This document shows, piece after piece, positions 18,167 to 24,807 of a stretch of DNA of 64,000 bases. This stretch comes from a virus. The notes beneath the pieces are model-generated. The model was not told where the DNA came from. It saw only the letters and a list, made by a program, of their open reading frames with translations, and ran no database searches. The position numbers were made by a program, and so were the translations under genes. The DNA is taken from positions 1 through 64,000 of IMG/VR virus record IMGVR_UViG_3300048999_000166. One strand, given 5' to 3'. Position 1 is the first letter of the stretch, and every line of letters begins with the position of its first letter.

Positions 18167-18231
18167 CAGTCCTGAGTTGGACTACAGACCTACCGGGCTG
18201 GCAGTACCGGTAGGTCGACTAGCTCACTCAG
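18167..18231 (-). repeat. structured intergenic element, copy 5
   Basis: CTGAGT...GACCTACCGG/CCGGTAGGTC...TAGTCC AACTCA GGACTG. Confidence 0.85.
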
Positions 18232-18464
18232 AGCAGGCGGCTCAGCTCTCGCTCGCCGGGGTTGTCATCGCGCGGGGCGACAACGGTGGTGTCCTCGGGA
18301 TTGCGGAACACGAATTGTCCGCGACCATTGATCACTCCGTGGGCGGAAACGACGGGCTTTCGAGTCTCGGTGGTGAGGGTCAAACCACTCACTCGCCAGT
18401 ACCCGGGCAACTCGGTAAAGGTCACGAGATCGCCGGTGCGGGGAAGAGATTCGATCTTGCTCAT
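18228..18464 (-). CDS. hypothetical protein
   Basis: First gene after the 18.5 kb promoter. Confidence 0.6.
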   Translation of the reverse strand: MSKIESLPRTGDLVTFTELPGYWRVSGLTLTTETRKPVVSAHGVINGRGQFVFRNPEDTTVVAPRDDNPGERELSRLL

Positions 18465-18494
18465 CTTCTTGGTCCTTTTCGGCTGGGTGTTTGG

Positions 18495-18525
18495 GCTGGT
18501 CAGGCCCTATCGGAACTATCATACC
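18495..18525 (-). promoter_or_regulatory. promoter -10 (TATGAT) plus conserved leader
   Basis: Paralogous to 16178-16208; imperfect inverted repeat ccgac/gtcgg upstream. Confidence 0.6.
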
Positions 18526-18602
18526 GTACAACCGACAAGCACGTCGGATTGTTCCTGAAATGATCTAGCACTCAGTCAACTTGACGTAGGAGGTGTTGAC
18601 CT

Positions 18603-19058
18603 ATGGCGAAGACGCTCCCGATCGAGACCGCCGAGCGGGAAGATCTCATCATCGATCTTCACGGCCAACATCTCCCGTGGCGAGAGATCTCTCGGCGGGT
18701 GGGGCTGAGCCATGAGCGCTGCCGCCAGATCTTCCAAGCCGCTCGTGACCGCATTCCGGCCGAGCGGCTGAACGATCTGCGCGTCGATCACCATGAGCTG
18801 GCGTACCGCGCAATTCACGATCTGCTCCAGATGGCGGAGAACCCGCAGATCTCGCCGCGCACTCGGGCCGAGTGTTGGAACGCGATCCGCGGCTGGAGCG
18901 AGTCCGACCGCAAGCTCTACGGGGTAGACGCGCCGACGCGCCGCGAGATCACCGTGATCTCCGACGACGCGATCAGCAACGCCATCACCGAACTCAACCG
19001 CGAGATGTCCGCGCTCGACGCTCAGGCCCGCGAACTCGGCATCTCGGTCGACGCTTAG
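18603..19058 (+). CDS. terminase small subunit-like HTH protein
   Basis: N-term HTH (WREISRRVGLSHERCRQI) and C-term ...RKLYGVDAP pattern typical of actinophage TerS; RBS aggagg. Confidence 0.6.
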   Translation: MAKTLPIETAEREDLIIDLHGQHLPWREISRRVGLSHERCRQIFQAARDRIPAERLNDLRVDHHELAYRAIHDLLQMAENPQISPRTRAECWNAIRGWSESDRKLYGVDAPTRREITVISDDAISNAITELNREMSALDAQARELGISVDA

Positions 19059-19630
19059 ATCTCAGTCCGGCGGTTGCGGATCCGTTCGATCCGCGCCGTT
19101 GGGCTGACGTGGTTGAGGTAGGTCGCGGTCGTGTCCAGGTGGGTGTGCCCGAGCTGGTCTCGGATCTCCATCACCGGCACGCCCTCCTGTGCCCACTCGA
19201 CAGCCGCGGTGTGCCGCAGTCCGTGAGCGTGCACCCGCTTGTCCACGCCCGCCCGCGCCGCTACTCGTTTCATCATGGCGCGGACGTAGCTGGTCGAGAC
19301 GGGGCCGCCCTTGAGGGTGCAGAACAGGTGGCGACCGCGTAGCCCGTGGGCGCGCCGCACTTCGATCCAGCGCACGACGTGCACGAGTGCGCCGAGATCG
19401 ATGCCGACCGTCCGGGACTTGTCACCCTTACCGTGCAGCACCCGGACGCTGGCCGCGTCAGTGTCCACATCGGACACTTTCAGCGCCAGCGCCTCGGACA
19501 CCCGCAGCCCCGCTCCGTACATCACGGCGATCAGGGCTCGGTTGCGGACACCAGTCGGTGCTCGATCCGATGGAGCGAGCAGAATTGATCTTGCCTCTTC
19601 CCGGGTCAAGATCTCTACCGGGTACCTCAT
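19055..19630 (-). CDS. minimal tyrosine recombinase (catalytic domain only)
   Basis: GLRVSE (R), GKGDK (K), HGLRH (HxxR), LGH, TATY; 191 aa; RBS gaaggag. Confidence 0.92.
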   Translation of the reverse strand: MRYPVEILTREEARSILLAPSDRAPTGVRNRALIAVMYGAGLRVSEALALKVSDVDTDAASVRVLHGKGDKSRTVGIDLGALVHVVRWIEVRRAHGLRGRHLFCTLKGGPVSTSYVRAMMKRVAARAGVDKRVHAHGLRHTAAVEWAQEGVPVMEIRDQLGHTHLDTTATYLNHVSPTARIERIRNRRTEI

Positions 19631-19649
19631 GTTGATCTCCTTCGACGCC

Positions 19650-19683
19650 TAGAGTGTCGGATCCTCAGGGAACCGACACTCTA
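19650..19683. other. loxP-like 13+8+13 inverted-repeat site, candidate recombinase target
   Basis: tagagtgtcggat-cctcaggg-aaccgacactcta; arms 12/13 identical; further gacgcc/ggcgtc extension. Confidence 0.6.
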
Positions 19684-19741
19684 TTGGCGTCTTGGCTGGT
19701 CAGTGGCTGGGTGGATCTTAGAAACGATACTCTATCCGTGA

Positions 19742-20362
19742 TCAACTGTCCTCGGCGTAGCGCCGTGCGGACCGGTGCGGCAGCGAGTCGGTAAGATCAA
19801 CTTGCACCGTCCAGGTCACCGCTTGGACCACCTGAGGCAGCTCGTCCAGTCGACGAGCGGCCTCACGGTACGCGTGCGCCAGCGTCGCGTACCGACGCTT
19901 GGTGGACAGTCCCCGATCGCGGTTGCCGTAGATCTCCCCGACCGCGATGTCATGCGCGTGCCGGTCGATCACTACCGCCTCAGCGTCCGTCGGATCGATG
20001 ATCGCCCGGAAGAAATTCCAGGTCTTCGAGTCGTCCGGCAGCACATCGAGCGGGTCCGCTCCGAGCATGATCCGCTCGGCCTTCCCGACCGCGTCGCGCA
20101 CCTGGCCGCGAACCTCGCCGGTAGCGAATGCTTCCCGAGCTAGTTTCACGTTGAAGGCCCAAGCTTTCTGGGGCGACAGAGCCGCGATCACTCCGGCCGC
20201 CGCCCGCGTGTTGCCCTCAGACATGAGGGTCGCCAGCTCGTTAGCGTGCGGGTACCACTGCCGGCCGCGGTCGATCTGCTCCGGGGTGGCCAGGTTCCAC
20301 GTGCTGATGATGTTTCGGACGTAGGTCTCGTGCTGTTCGTCGGTGGCGGTCGTCGGGATCAT
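19742..20362 (-). CDS. conserved phage protein (DUF7178-like)
   Basis: GRQWY, AGVIAALSPQ, KTWNF, VVIDRHA, VQAVTW pattern. Confidence 0.7.
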   Translation of the reverse strand: MIPTTATDEQHETYVRNIISTWNLATPEQIDRGRQWYPHANELATLMSEGNTRAAAGVIAALSPQKAWAFNVKLAREAFATGEVRGQVRDAVGKAERIMLGADPLDVLPDDSKTWNFFRAIIDPTDAEAVVIDRHAHDIAVGEIYGNRDRGLSTKRRYATLAHAYREAARRLDELPQVVQAVTWTVQVDLTDSLPHRSARRYAEDS

Positions 20363-20384
20363 GGTCTGTCTCCTCTGTACTCAC

Positions 20385-20445
20385 GGGCTGAACCGCCCGA
20401 GCGGTGCACCGACCAGGGCCGGTGCACCACTCTCCGATGGTTCAG
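20385..20445 (-). repeat. structured intergenic element, copy 6
   Basis: CTGAACC/GGTTCAG 7 bp; 16-bp inner stem; GGGC GGTTCA GCCC. Confidence 0.9.
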
Positions 20446-20449
20446 ACAG

Positions 20450-20513
20450 CTTGCAAAGGTTGTCTTGTTGTGCAGAGGTTGTCTTGCTTGCAAAGGTTGT
20501 CTTGGTTGTCTTG
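20450..20513. repeat. iteron-like direct repeats GGTTGTCTTG x4
   Basis: 20458-67, 20477-86, 20495-504, 20504-13; cttgcaaaggttgtcttg occurs twice. Confidence 0.75.
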
Positions 20514-20526
20514 CTAGATCAACAAC

Positions 20527-21648
20527 CTAGGCGGCCAGCGGTGGCGGGTCCAAGCCCACCGCGTCGCGGGAGTAGCCGCGTACCTGAGTGCCCTTCCAGT
20601 ACTGCCGTTCGGCATGCGCCTCGAACACGGCCAGTCCGTTAGCGAGCCCCATATCAGCGGACCGATCCGACTGCCACTCATCCATGATCGACGTACGCTG
20701 AGGCAGCGCCTCCAGCCTGACCAGGATCTCGGCGGTCGGCAGGAAGTCATCACCGTCAGTGAACGTCGCCTGAACGTTGGCGAGCAACTCTTCGAACGGG
20801 TCCAAGATCGCCTCGTCCTCAGGCGCCCACTTGCCTAGCGCGAACGTGTTCGCGGCCTTCTCGACACGCTCCGGCCACGCGTCACCCAGGTATCGGGCGA
20901 TCCGGAATAGGACCGTCCAGATCTCCTCTGCTCGGTTGGCGATGTCCTCTGACATCAATCCTTCGATCGGAATCGAGAGGATCGAGCTAGCGGCATTGCC
21001 ACCCCAACGGGTGAGACGCTCCCGGAGTGCCATGACTCGATCGTCATGCAACTCCGGGTTATACCGGGCGAGCCGAACGTCACGCGGCTTAGGTTCGAGG
21101 ATGATCGAAATCGACCTCGAACGGAGCGTATCGAACGGACCGTCGGGCATAAACCAGACACTCGCGTTCTTGCCATTGAGCACCATCGGCCCGAACGGGT
21201 CGAGCCGCTCGGCGACGCCACCGCGTACCTGAGTTACCTTCGCTCCACCGCGCCGGTATCCCATATTCAGGATGCCCTTCATGCGCAGCTTAGAGTTCGC
21301 GCCGCGCCCGAAGTGGGTGTCGATTTCATCGAACCCGAGCGTTGCGTGATCTTCGTTCATCATCGCCACGATGGACGGCGGACTAGGATCGCCGATCATC
21401 TCGCCGTTGAAGCTCAGCGCGATGGTCAACTCGGTGGCCAGGGACTTACCGGCGCCCGGTTGCTTCGATCCGAAGTACAGCCGCGGCGTGACGCGGGGCA
21501 GCAATCGCCCATCGTTGTCGCGTAGGTGGGTGTGCATAGCCCACAGAGTCGACACCACATAGGCCGAATCATTCGGCATGTGCATAAACTCGCGGTACAC
21601 CCGCTCTACCTGATTGGCCAGGAGTTGATCCTGGGTGAACTTTCTCAT
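20527..21648 (-). CDS. DUF3631-like P-loop ATPase (putative replication helicase)
   Basis: GSKQPGAGKS, LGFDEID, TLRSRSISI, RAEEIWTVLFRIA...WPER; GATCATG start. Confidence 0.75.
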   Translation of the reverse strand: MRKFTQDQLLANQVERVYREFMHMPNDSAYVVSTLWAMHTHLRDNDGRLLPRVTPRLYFGSKQPGAGKSLATELTIALSFNGEMIGDPSPPSIVAMMNEDHATLGFDEIDTHFGRGANSKLRMKGILNMGYRRGGAKVTQVRGGVAERLDPFGPMVLNGKNASVWFMPDGPFDTLRSRSISIILEPKPRDVRLARYNPELHDDRVMALRERLTRWGGNAASSILSIPIEGLMSEDIANRAEEIWTVLFRIARYLGDAWPERVEKAANTFALGKWAPEDEAILDPFEELLANVQATFTDGDDFLPTAEILVRLEALPQRTSIMDEWQSDRSADMGLANGLAVFEAHAERQYWKGTQVRGYSRDAVGLDPPPLAA

Positions 21649-21675
21649 GATCGATTTCCTCTTGGCTGGAGCATT

Positions 21676-21738
21676 GGGCTGTACCGCCCGAGCACGGCAG
21701 GGTCGCATTCCCTGCCGCACTCCCTAGGCACAGTTCAA
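21676..21738 (-). repeat. structured intergenic element, copy 7
   Basis: TGAACT...13-bp inner stem...GGGC GGTACA GCCC. Confidence 0.75.
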
Positions 21739-21756
21739 TTGTAGCCTATTACTGAC

Positions 21757-21840
21757 TCACAGTCGACCGGTCGCTTGCAAGAAGCCACCGACCAGGCCGA
21801 CCATCCAGAATGACGCCACGTAAGCGATATCCCACCTCAT
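21757..21840 (-). CDS. 27-aa hydrophobic peptide (not in ORF track)
   Basis: MRWDIAYVASFWMVGLVGGFLQATGRL, GATCATG start. Confidence 0.4.
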   Translation of the reverse strand: MRWDIAYVASFWMVGLVGGFLQATGRL

Positions 21841-21842
21841 GA

Positions 21843-22127
21843 TCAAACCGCCGTTCCGGGGTACTGAACGGCGCTGGTCACGTAAGCGGGCGCGCTCTCC
21901 ATCACGAATTCCTTGCCAACGTCACCTACTGGGTGCAGCAGGCTGGACAACAGGTGGACTTTGAGCATTCCCATTCCGACGCTCACCTTGAGAAAGGTGC
22001 GGACGCCGTCGTGGTAGGTATCCACCCAGAACCGCTTCATATCGGTCTCAGCGTGGTGCAGCTTGCCGTGTGCGGGGTGCGCCGGGTGAAGATTGGCGCG
22101 CTGCATACGGGCAACGGTGCGGTTCAT
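21843..22127 (-). CDS. hypothetical protein
   Basis: RBS gaggag. Confidence 0.55.
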   Translation of the reverse strand: MNRTVARMQRANLHPAHPAHGKLHHAETDMKRFWVDTYHDGVRTFLKVSVGMGMLKVHLLSSLLHPVGDVGKEFVMESAPAYVTSAVQYPGTAV

Positions 22128-22149
22128 CTGGATCACTCCTCATCGGTAC

Positions 22150-22208
22150 GGGCTGAATCGCCCGGCAGACGCTCCGGAGCTAGCTCCGGAGCGACCCGCA
22201 CGGTTCAG
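22150..22208 (-). repeat. structured intergenic element, copy 8
   Basis: CTGAACC...CGCTCCGGAGC/GCTCCGGAGCG...GGGC GATTCA GCCC; TGA is the upstream stop. Confidence 0.85.
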
Positions 22209-22633
22209 TAACTAGCCACCGATTGCCCGGCCGCAAAGTCGAACACGGCCAACTGATCATGCTCACGCGCTAGGGCTAGTGCGCGGTCGCGGTCGGTGAC
22301 CAGCGTCGAGACGTCGAGGTAGATACGTCCGTCGGCAGGGTCGCGCCAACCACCAAACACGGCGCCGTCGCGCGCTAGCGCGTCCGCGTGCCGTACTACG
22401 TACTCGATCAAGTCACCAGGGGTGACCGAACCGAGCACCACACCCTCTCCGGGGTAGACGCTGACCGCATAACCTCCGGTCACGTCCGCGCCCGTGTGCG
22501 GGTCGATCGTGAAACCATCATCGGGGCGGGTGAGCCGCTCGGCCAGTTCGACCAGCCGCGGCTGTACCGCCGTGAGCGCGTCCCTATCCTCGCGTGCCCA
22601 CTCGGCCACGCGCGGATCGTAGGCAGCAGTCAT
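22205..22633 (-). CDS. conserved phage protein
   Basis: DGFTID...GYAVS...GGWRD...IYLDVS...QLAVFD pattern. Confidence 0.7.
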   Translation of the reverse strand: MTAAYDPRVAEWAREDRDALTAVQPRLVELAERLTRPDDGFTIDPHTGADVTGGYAVSVYPGEGVVLGSVTPGDLIEYVVRHADALARDGAVFGGWRDPADGRIYLDVSTLVTDRDRALALAREHDQLAVFDFAAGQSVASY

Positions 22634-22658
22634 GATCTTGTCCTTAGCTCGACGTGCC

Positions 22659-22720
22659 GGGCTGACTTGCCCGAGCGTCGGCACCGGAGCGAACTCCGGT
22701 GCCGCACTCTGTGCGGTCAG
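22659..22720 (-). repeat. structured intergenic element, copy 9
   Basis: CTGAC...GGCACCGGAG-TTCG-CTCCGGTGCC...GGGC AAGTCA GCCC. Confidence 0.9.
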
Positions 22721-22899
22721 GCCACCTGTTCGAACGTGACGTTCAGCGGGAATCCGAACGTGTCGTGCCAGCGCTTGTCCACCGCGGCTACGTGCTGCTT
22801 CAACTGCGGGAACGTCCCCGTGTAGGCGGTCCGCGAGTTCACCTGACCGTTGATCTTGGTGGTCACGGTGTACTTATGGATCTTCTCTGCGTAATTCAT
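22717..22899 (-). CDS. hypothetical protein
   Basis: Bounded by two elements; RBS gaggag, GATCATG. Confidence 0.6.
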   Translation of the reverse strand: MNYAEKIHKYTVTTKINGQVNSRTAYTGTFPQLKQHVAAVDKRWHDTFGFPLNVTFEQVA

Positions 22900-22916
22900 G
22901 ATCACTCCTCAGTGAA

Positions 22917-22977
22917 GGGCTGACTTGCCCGCGCAGGGCACCGGAGCCGAACTCCGATGCCCTCCGCATGCACTCAG
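22917..22977 (-). repeat. structured intergenic element, copy 10
   Basis: CTGAG...AGGGCATCGGAG/CTCCGGTGCCCT...GGGC AAGTCA GCCC. Confidence 0.9.
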
Positions 22978-23180
22978 GCCAGATGACGCCGCTTGGCTTC
23001 TCGCCTCACCGCGCGCCCACCTAGGATCGTGTGAATATCAGGCACTACAACATCATCGTGCATCTTGATCAAGTGCCGTAGCGCGCCGTCGGTCACAACG
23101 GCCCGGTTGGCTGTCAGATCCCGCAGCGCCCGAACACGGGCGCGGAGGTCGGCTGACGTCAGAATCTGTACGTCACTCAT
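22974..23180 (-). CDS. hypothetical protein
   Basis: Bounded by two elements. Confidence 0.6.
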   Translation of the reverse strand: MSDVQILTSADLRARVRALRDLTANRAVVTDGALRHLIKMHDDVVVPDIHTILGGRAVRREAKRRHLA

Positions 23181-23198
23181 GATCTTGTCCTCTCACTA

Positions 23199-23260
23199 GG
23201 GCTGACTTGCCCGCGCAGAGCACCGGCCCGTGTGGGCCGATGCTCTCCGCATGCGGTCAG
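23199..23260 (-). repeat. structured intergenic element, copy 11
   Basis: CTGAC...AGAGCATCGGCCC/GGGCCGGTGCTCT...GGGC AAGTCA GCCC. Confidence 0.9.
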
Positions 23261-23463
23261 AACTCCTCGTGATCCACTACGTCCCGGAACACCCGCCGTA
23301 CGCGGTCGGCCCGCTCGGTGAGCGGTCCGTACGCGGGCGGCCACTCCAGCTGCTCTAGCGTTGCCGCTACTTGCTGGACGATCACCTCTCGTCCACTGGT
23401 CATCCGCTCCGCCCGCAGGCGGTAGGTGGCGGACCGGCTGGACATGAGCGGTACTGCAGTCAT
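23257..23463 (-). CDS. hypothetical protein
   Basis: GATCATG start, stop in element. Confidence 0.6.
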   Translation of the reverse strand: MTAVPLMSSRSATYRLRAERMTSGREVIVQQVAATLEQLEWPPAYGPLTERADRVRRVFRDVVDHEEF

Positions 23464-23513
23464 GATCTACTCCGTGGCTGGGTGAGGCTGGATCAAGTGA
23501 TCCACACTGCGCA

Positions 23514-23529
23514 TGTTTCACGTGAAACA
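23514..23529. promoter_or_regulatory. parS: parS centromere site (host chromosomal consensus)
   Basis: Exact TGTTTCACGTGAAACA, intergenic. Confidence 0.8.
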
Positions 23530-23555
23530 TGCGTACGGCGCATCTCTTGATCAAC

Positions 23556-23777
23556 TCATTTTCCACCACCCTTCACAGGCGACCAGTGGGACGCAACTAG
23601 GCGGGTCGCTTCATAGGGCTTAGCTACCTGTTGACGCCACGGCTCCCAAGGTCTGCCGTCGACTATGACTACGCGCGTGAGCGCGGGTGATCTATCAAAG
23701 ATCAACTGCACCGGTGGCTCGCGCGCGATCCGCGCGCGATCCGGCCGGGCCCTTCCTTCCGCCCCCTTGCGGGGCAT
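23556..23777 (-). CDS. hypothetical protein
   Basis: Downstream of TGG-TATCGT extended -10 at about 23795; weak support. Confidence 0.35.
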   Translation of the reverse strand: MPRKGAEGRARPDRARIAREPPVQLIFDRSPALTRVVIVDGRPWEPWRQQVAKPYEATRLVASHWSPVKGGGK

Positions 23778-24017
23778 GCCCTAAGCCTACTCACGATACC
23801 ATGATCAAGATGTAGGCCATATGGGTGATGTTCTATACGTCCAATGATCTACACTGATCAACAATGTTGATCATCATTGTTGATGATGTCCACACATGGA
23901 CATGATCAACAAGACCCCCCTATACTGTATACACTAGTTGATCAAGGCAAGGGTTATTACAGCGTCGGTATTTTTTCTGGATTTTCGGAATGACAATTAC
24001 AAGATCCACTTAAGCAC

Positions 24018-24056
24018 AAAAAAGAACGCGCCCCCGCTCCAAGAGGGCGCGTTCTT
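24018..24056 (-). terminator. intrinsic terminator
   Basis: aagaacgcgccc/gggcgcgttctt stem with T6 on the minus strand. Confidence 0.8.
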
Positions 24057-24173
24057 CGTACTACCGTCAGCGCTGCTGACCCTACCATTGCCCGCGTCCG
24101 CGGGCGAGCTGCTAGTCTCGCCCGCGTAGTGCACTCCACAGGGTGAGAACGGCCCGCGTCTTGCCAGCCCTTC

Positions 24174-24503
24174 CTAGTCGAGGGGTAACGCGGGCCGTTC
24201 GCCGTTCCGGCGCCCGTCCCAGGACTTCACCCACCCCACCGGCTCGCTGTCCGGCGCACCATCCCACGCGTGCGCGGCCAGCATCGCGGCCACGAAGGTG
24301 AGACGGTTGCGTCCGGCGTAGCACCAGTAGCGCTCCGACCAGGCGTACTTGCCGCCATCGACGCGCACGGTGTGGATCCGGTAGTTCACGGCCATCGGCA
24401 CTACCTCGATGTGGTACTTGCCCACGGTCTTGACCCGGTAGCGCTCGATGATGACGTCGCCGTCGCGCTCGACGATCGCCTCGTAGTGCGGCAGCTCGCT
24501 CAA
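24174..24503 (-). CDS. hypothetical protein
   Basis: 109 aa; ...WCY...AMLAAHAWDG...EPVGWVKSWDGR. Confidence 0.65.
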   Translation of the reverse strand: MSELPHYEAIVERDGDVIIERYRVKTVGKYHIEVVPMAVNYRIHTVRVDGGKYAWSERYWCYAGRNRLTFVAAMLAAHAWDGAPDSEPVGWVKSWDGRRNGERPALPLD

Positions 24504-24805
24504 TCCAAGCTCCCGCCGTTACGCCGCACCTTCGACCCCGACCGGCGCACCGGCGGTCGGGGTAGCGGTGCGGGCCGCATCGCGGGCTCGATCGGCGGAG
24601 GCGGAAGCCCCGGCCGTGAACCTTTCGGTGGCGTGATCGCCCACGCCCACCCGCCCGCGATCGCCACCATCACGAACGGCACGAGCACGAAGAGCCCGAT
24701 TCGCCACAGCAACGCCATGATCAGAAACGCCCCGATGACGCACACGATCGCGCCCGTGAGTTCGCCCGGTGTCCAATAGGCACTGCGGCGCATGTACCGG
24801 CTCAT
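24500..24805 (-). CDS. membrane protein with Pro-rich tail
   Basis: Two hydrophobic helices. Confidence 0.6.
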   Translation of the reverse strand: MSRYMRRSAYWTPGELTGAIVCVIGAFLIMALLWRIGLFVLVPFVMVAIAGGWAWAITPPKGSRPGLPPPPIEPAMRPAPLPRPPVRRSGSKVRRNGGSLD

Positions 24806-24807
24806 AG

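Noticed and set aside
14467-23260. Repeated elements as a CRISPR array
   Set aside because: Repeats are not identical, the intervening sequences are whole genes, and there is no cas operon; the PD-(D/E)XK nuclease is a replication-module gene.
14467-23260. Elements as SECIS-like UGA readthrough signals fusing adjacent genes
   Set aside because: Stop-to-next-ATG distances (68, 74, 76, 76, 79, 83 nt and others) are mostly out of frame; the one in-frame case (81 nt) meets a TAG after two codons; three copies have no upstream stop at the TGA.
14467-23260. Elements as hammerhead or HDV/theta ribozymes
   Set aside because: No CUGANGA/GAAA core; helix order does not match HDV (no P3/L3, long hairpin precedes the P1 3' strand).
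23470-23560. A twelfth copy of the element around parS
   Set aside because: Has a long hairpin and a following TGGATC/GATCCA hairpin but lacks the TGA/TCA loop pairing; treated as a separate palindrome.
23886-23894. DnaA-box cluster
   Set aside because: Only one 8/9 match; insufficient to call.
24060-24170. Hairpin cgcgggcgag/ctcgcccgcg followed by GGGCAA as another element
   Set aside because: No matching A' arm or B/B' pairing.
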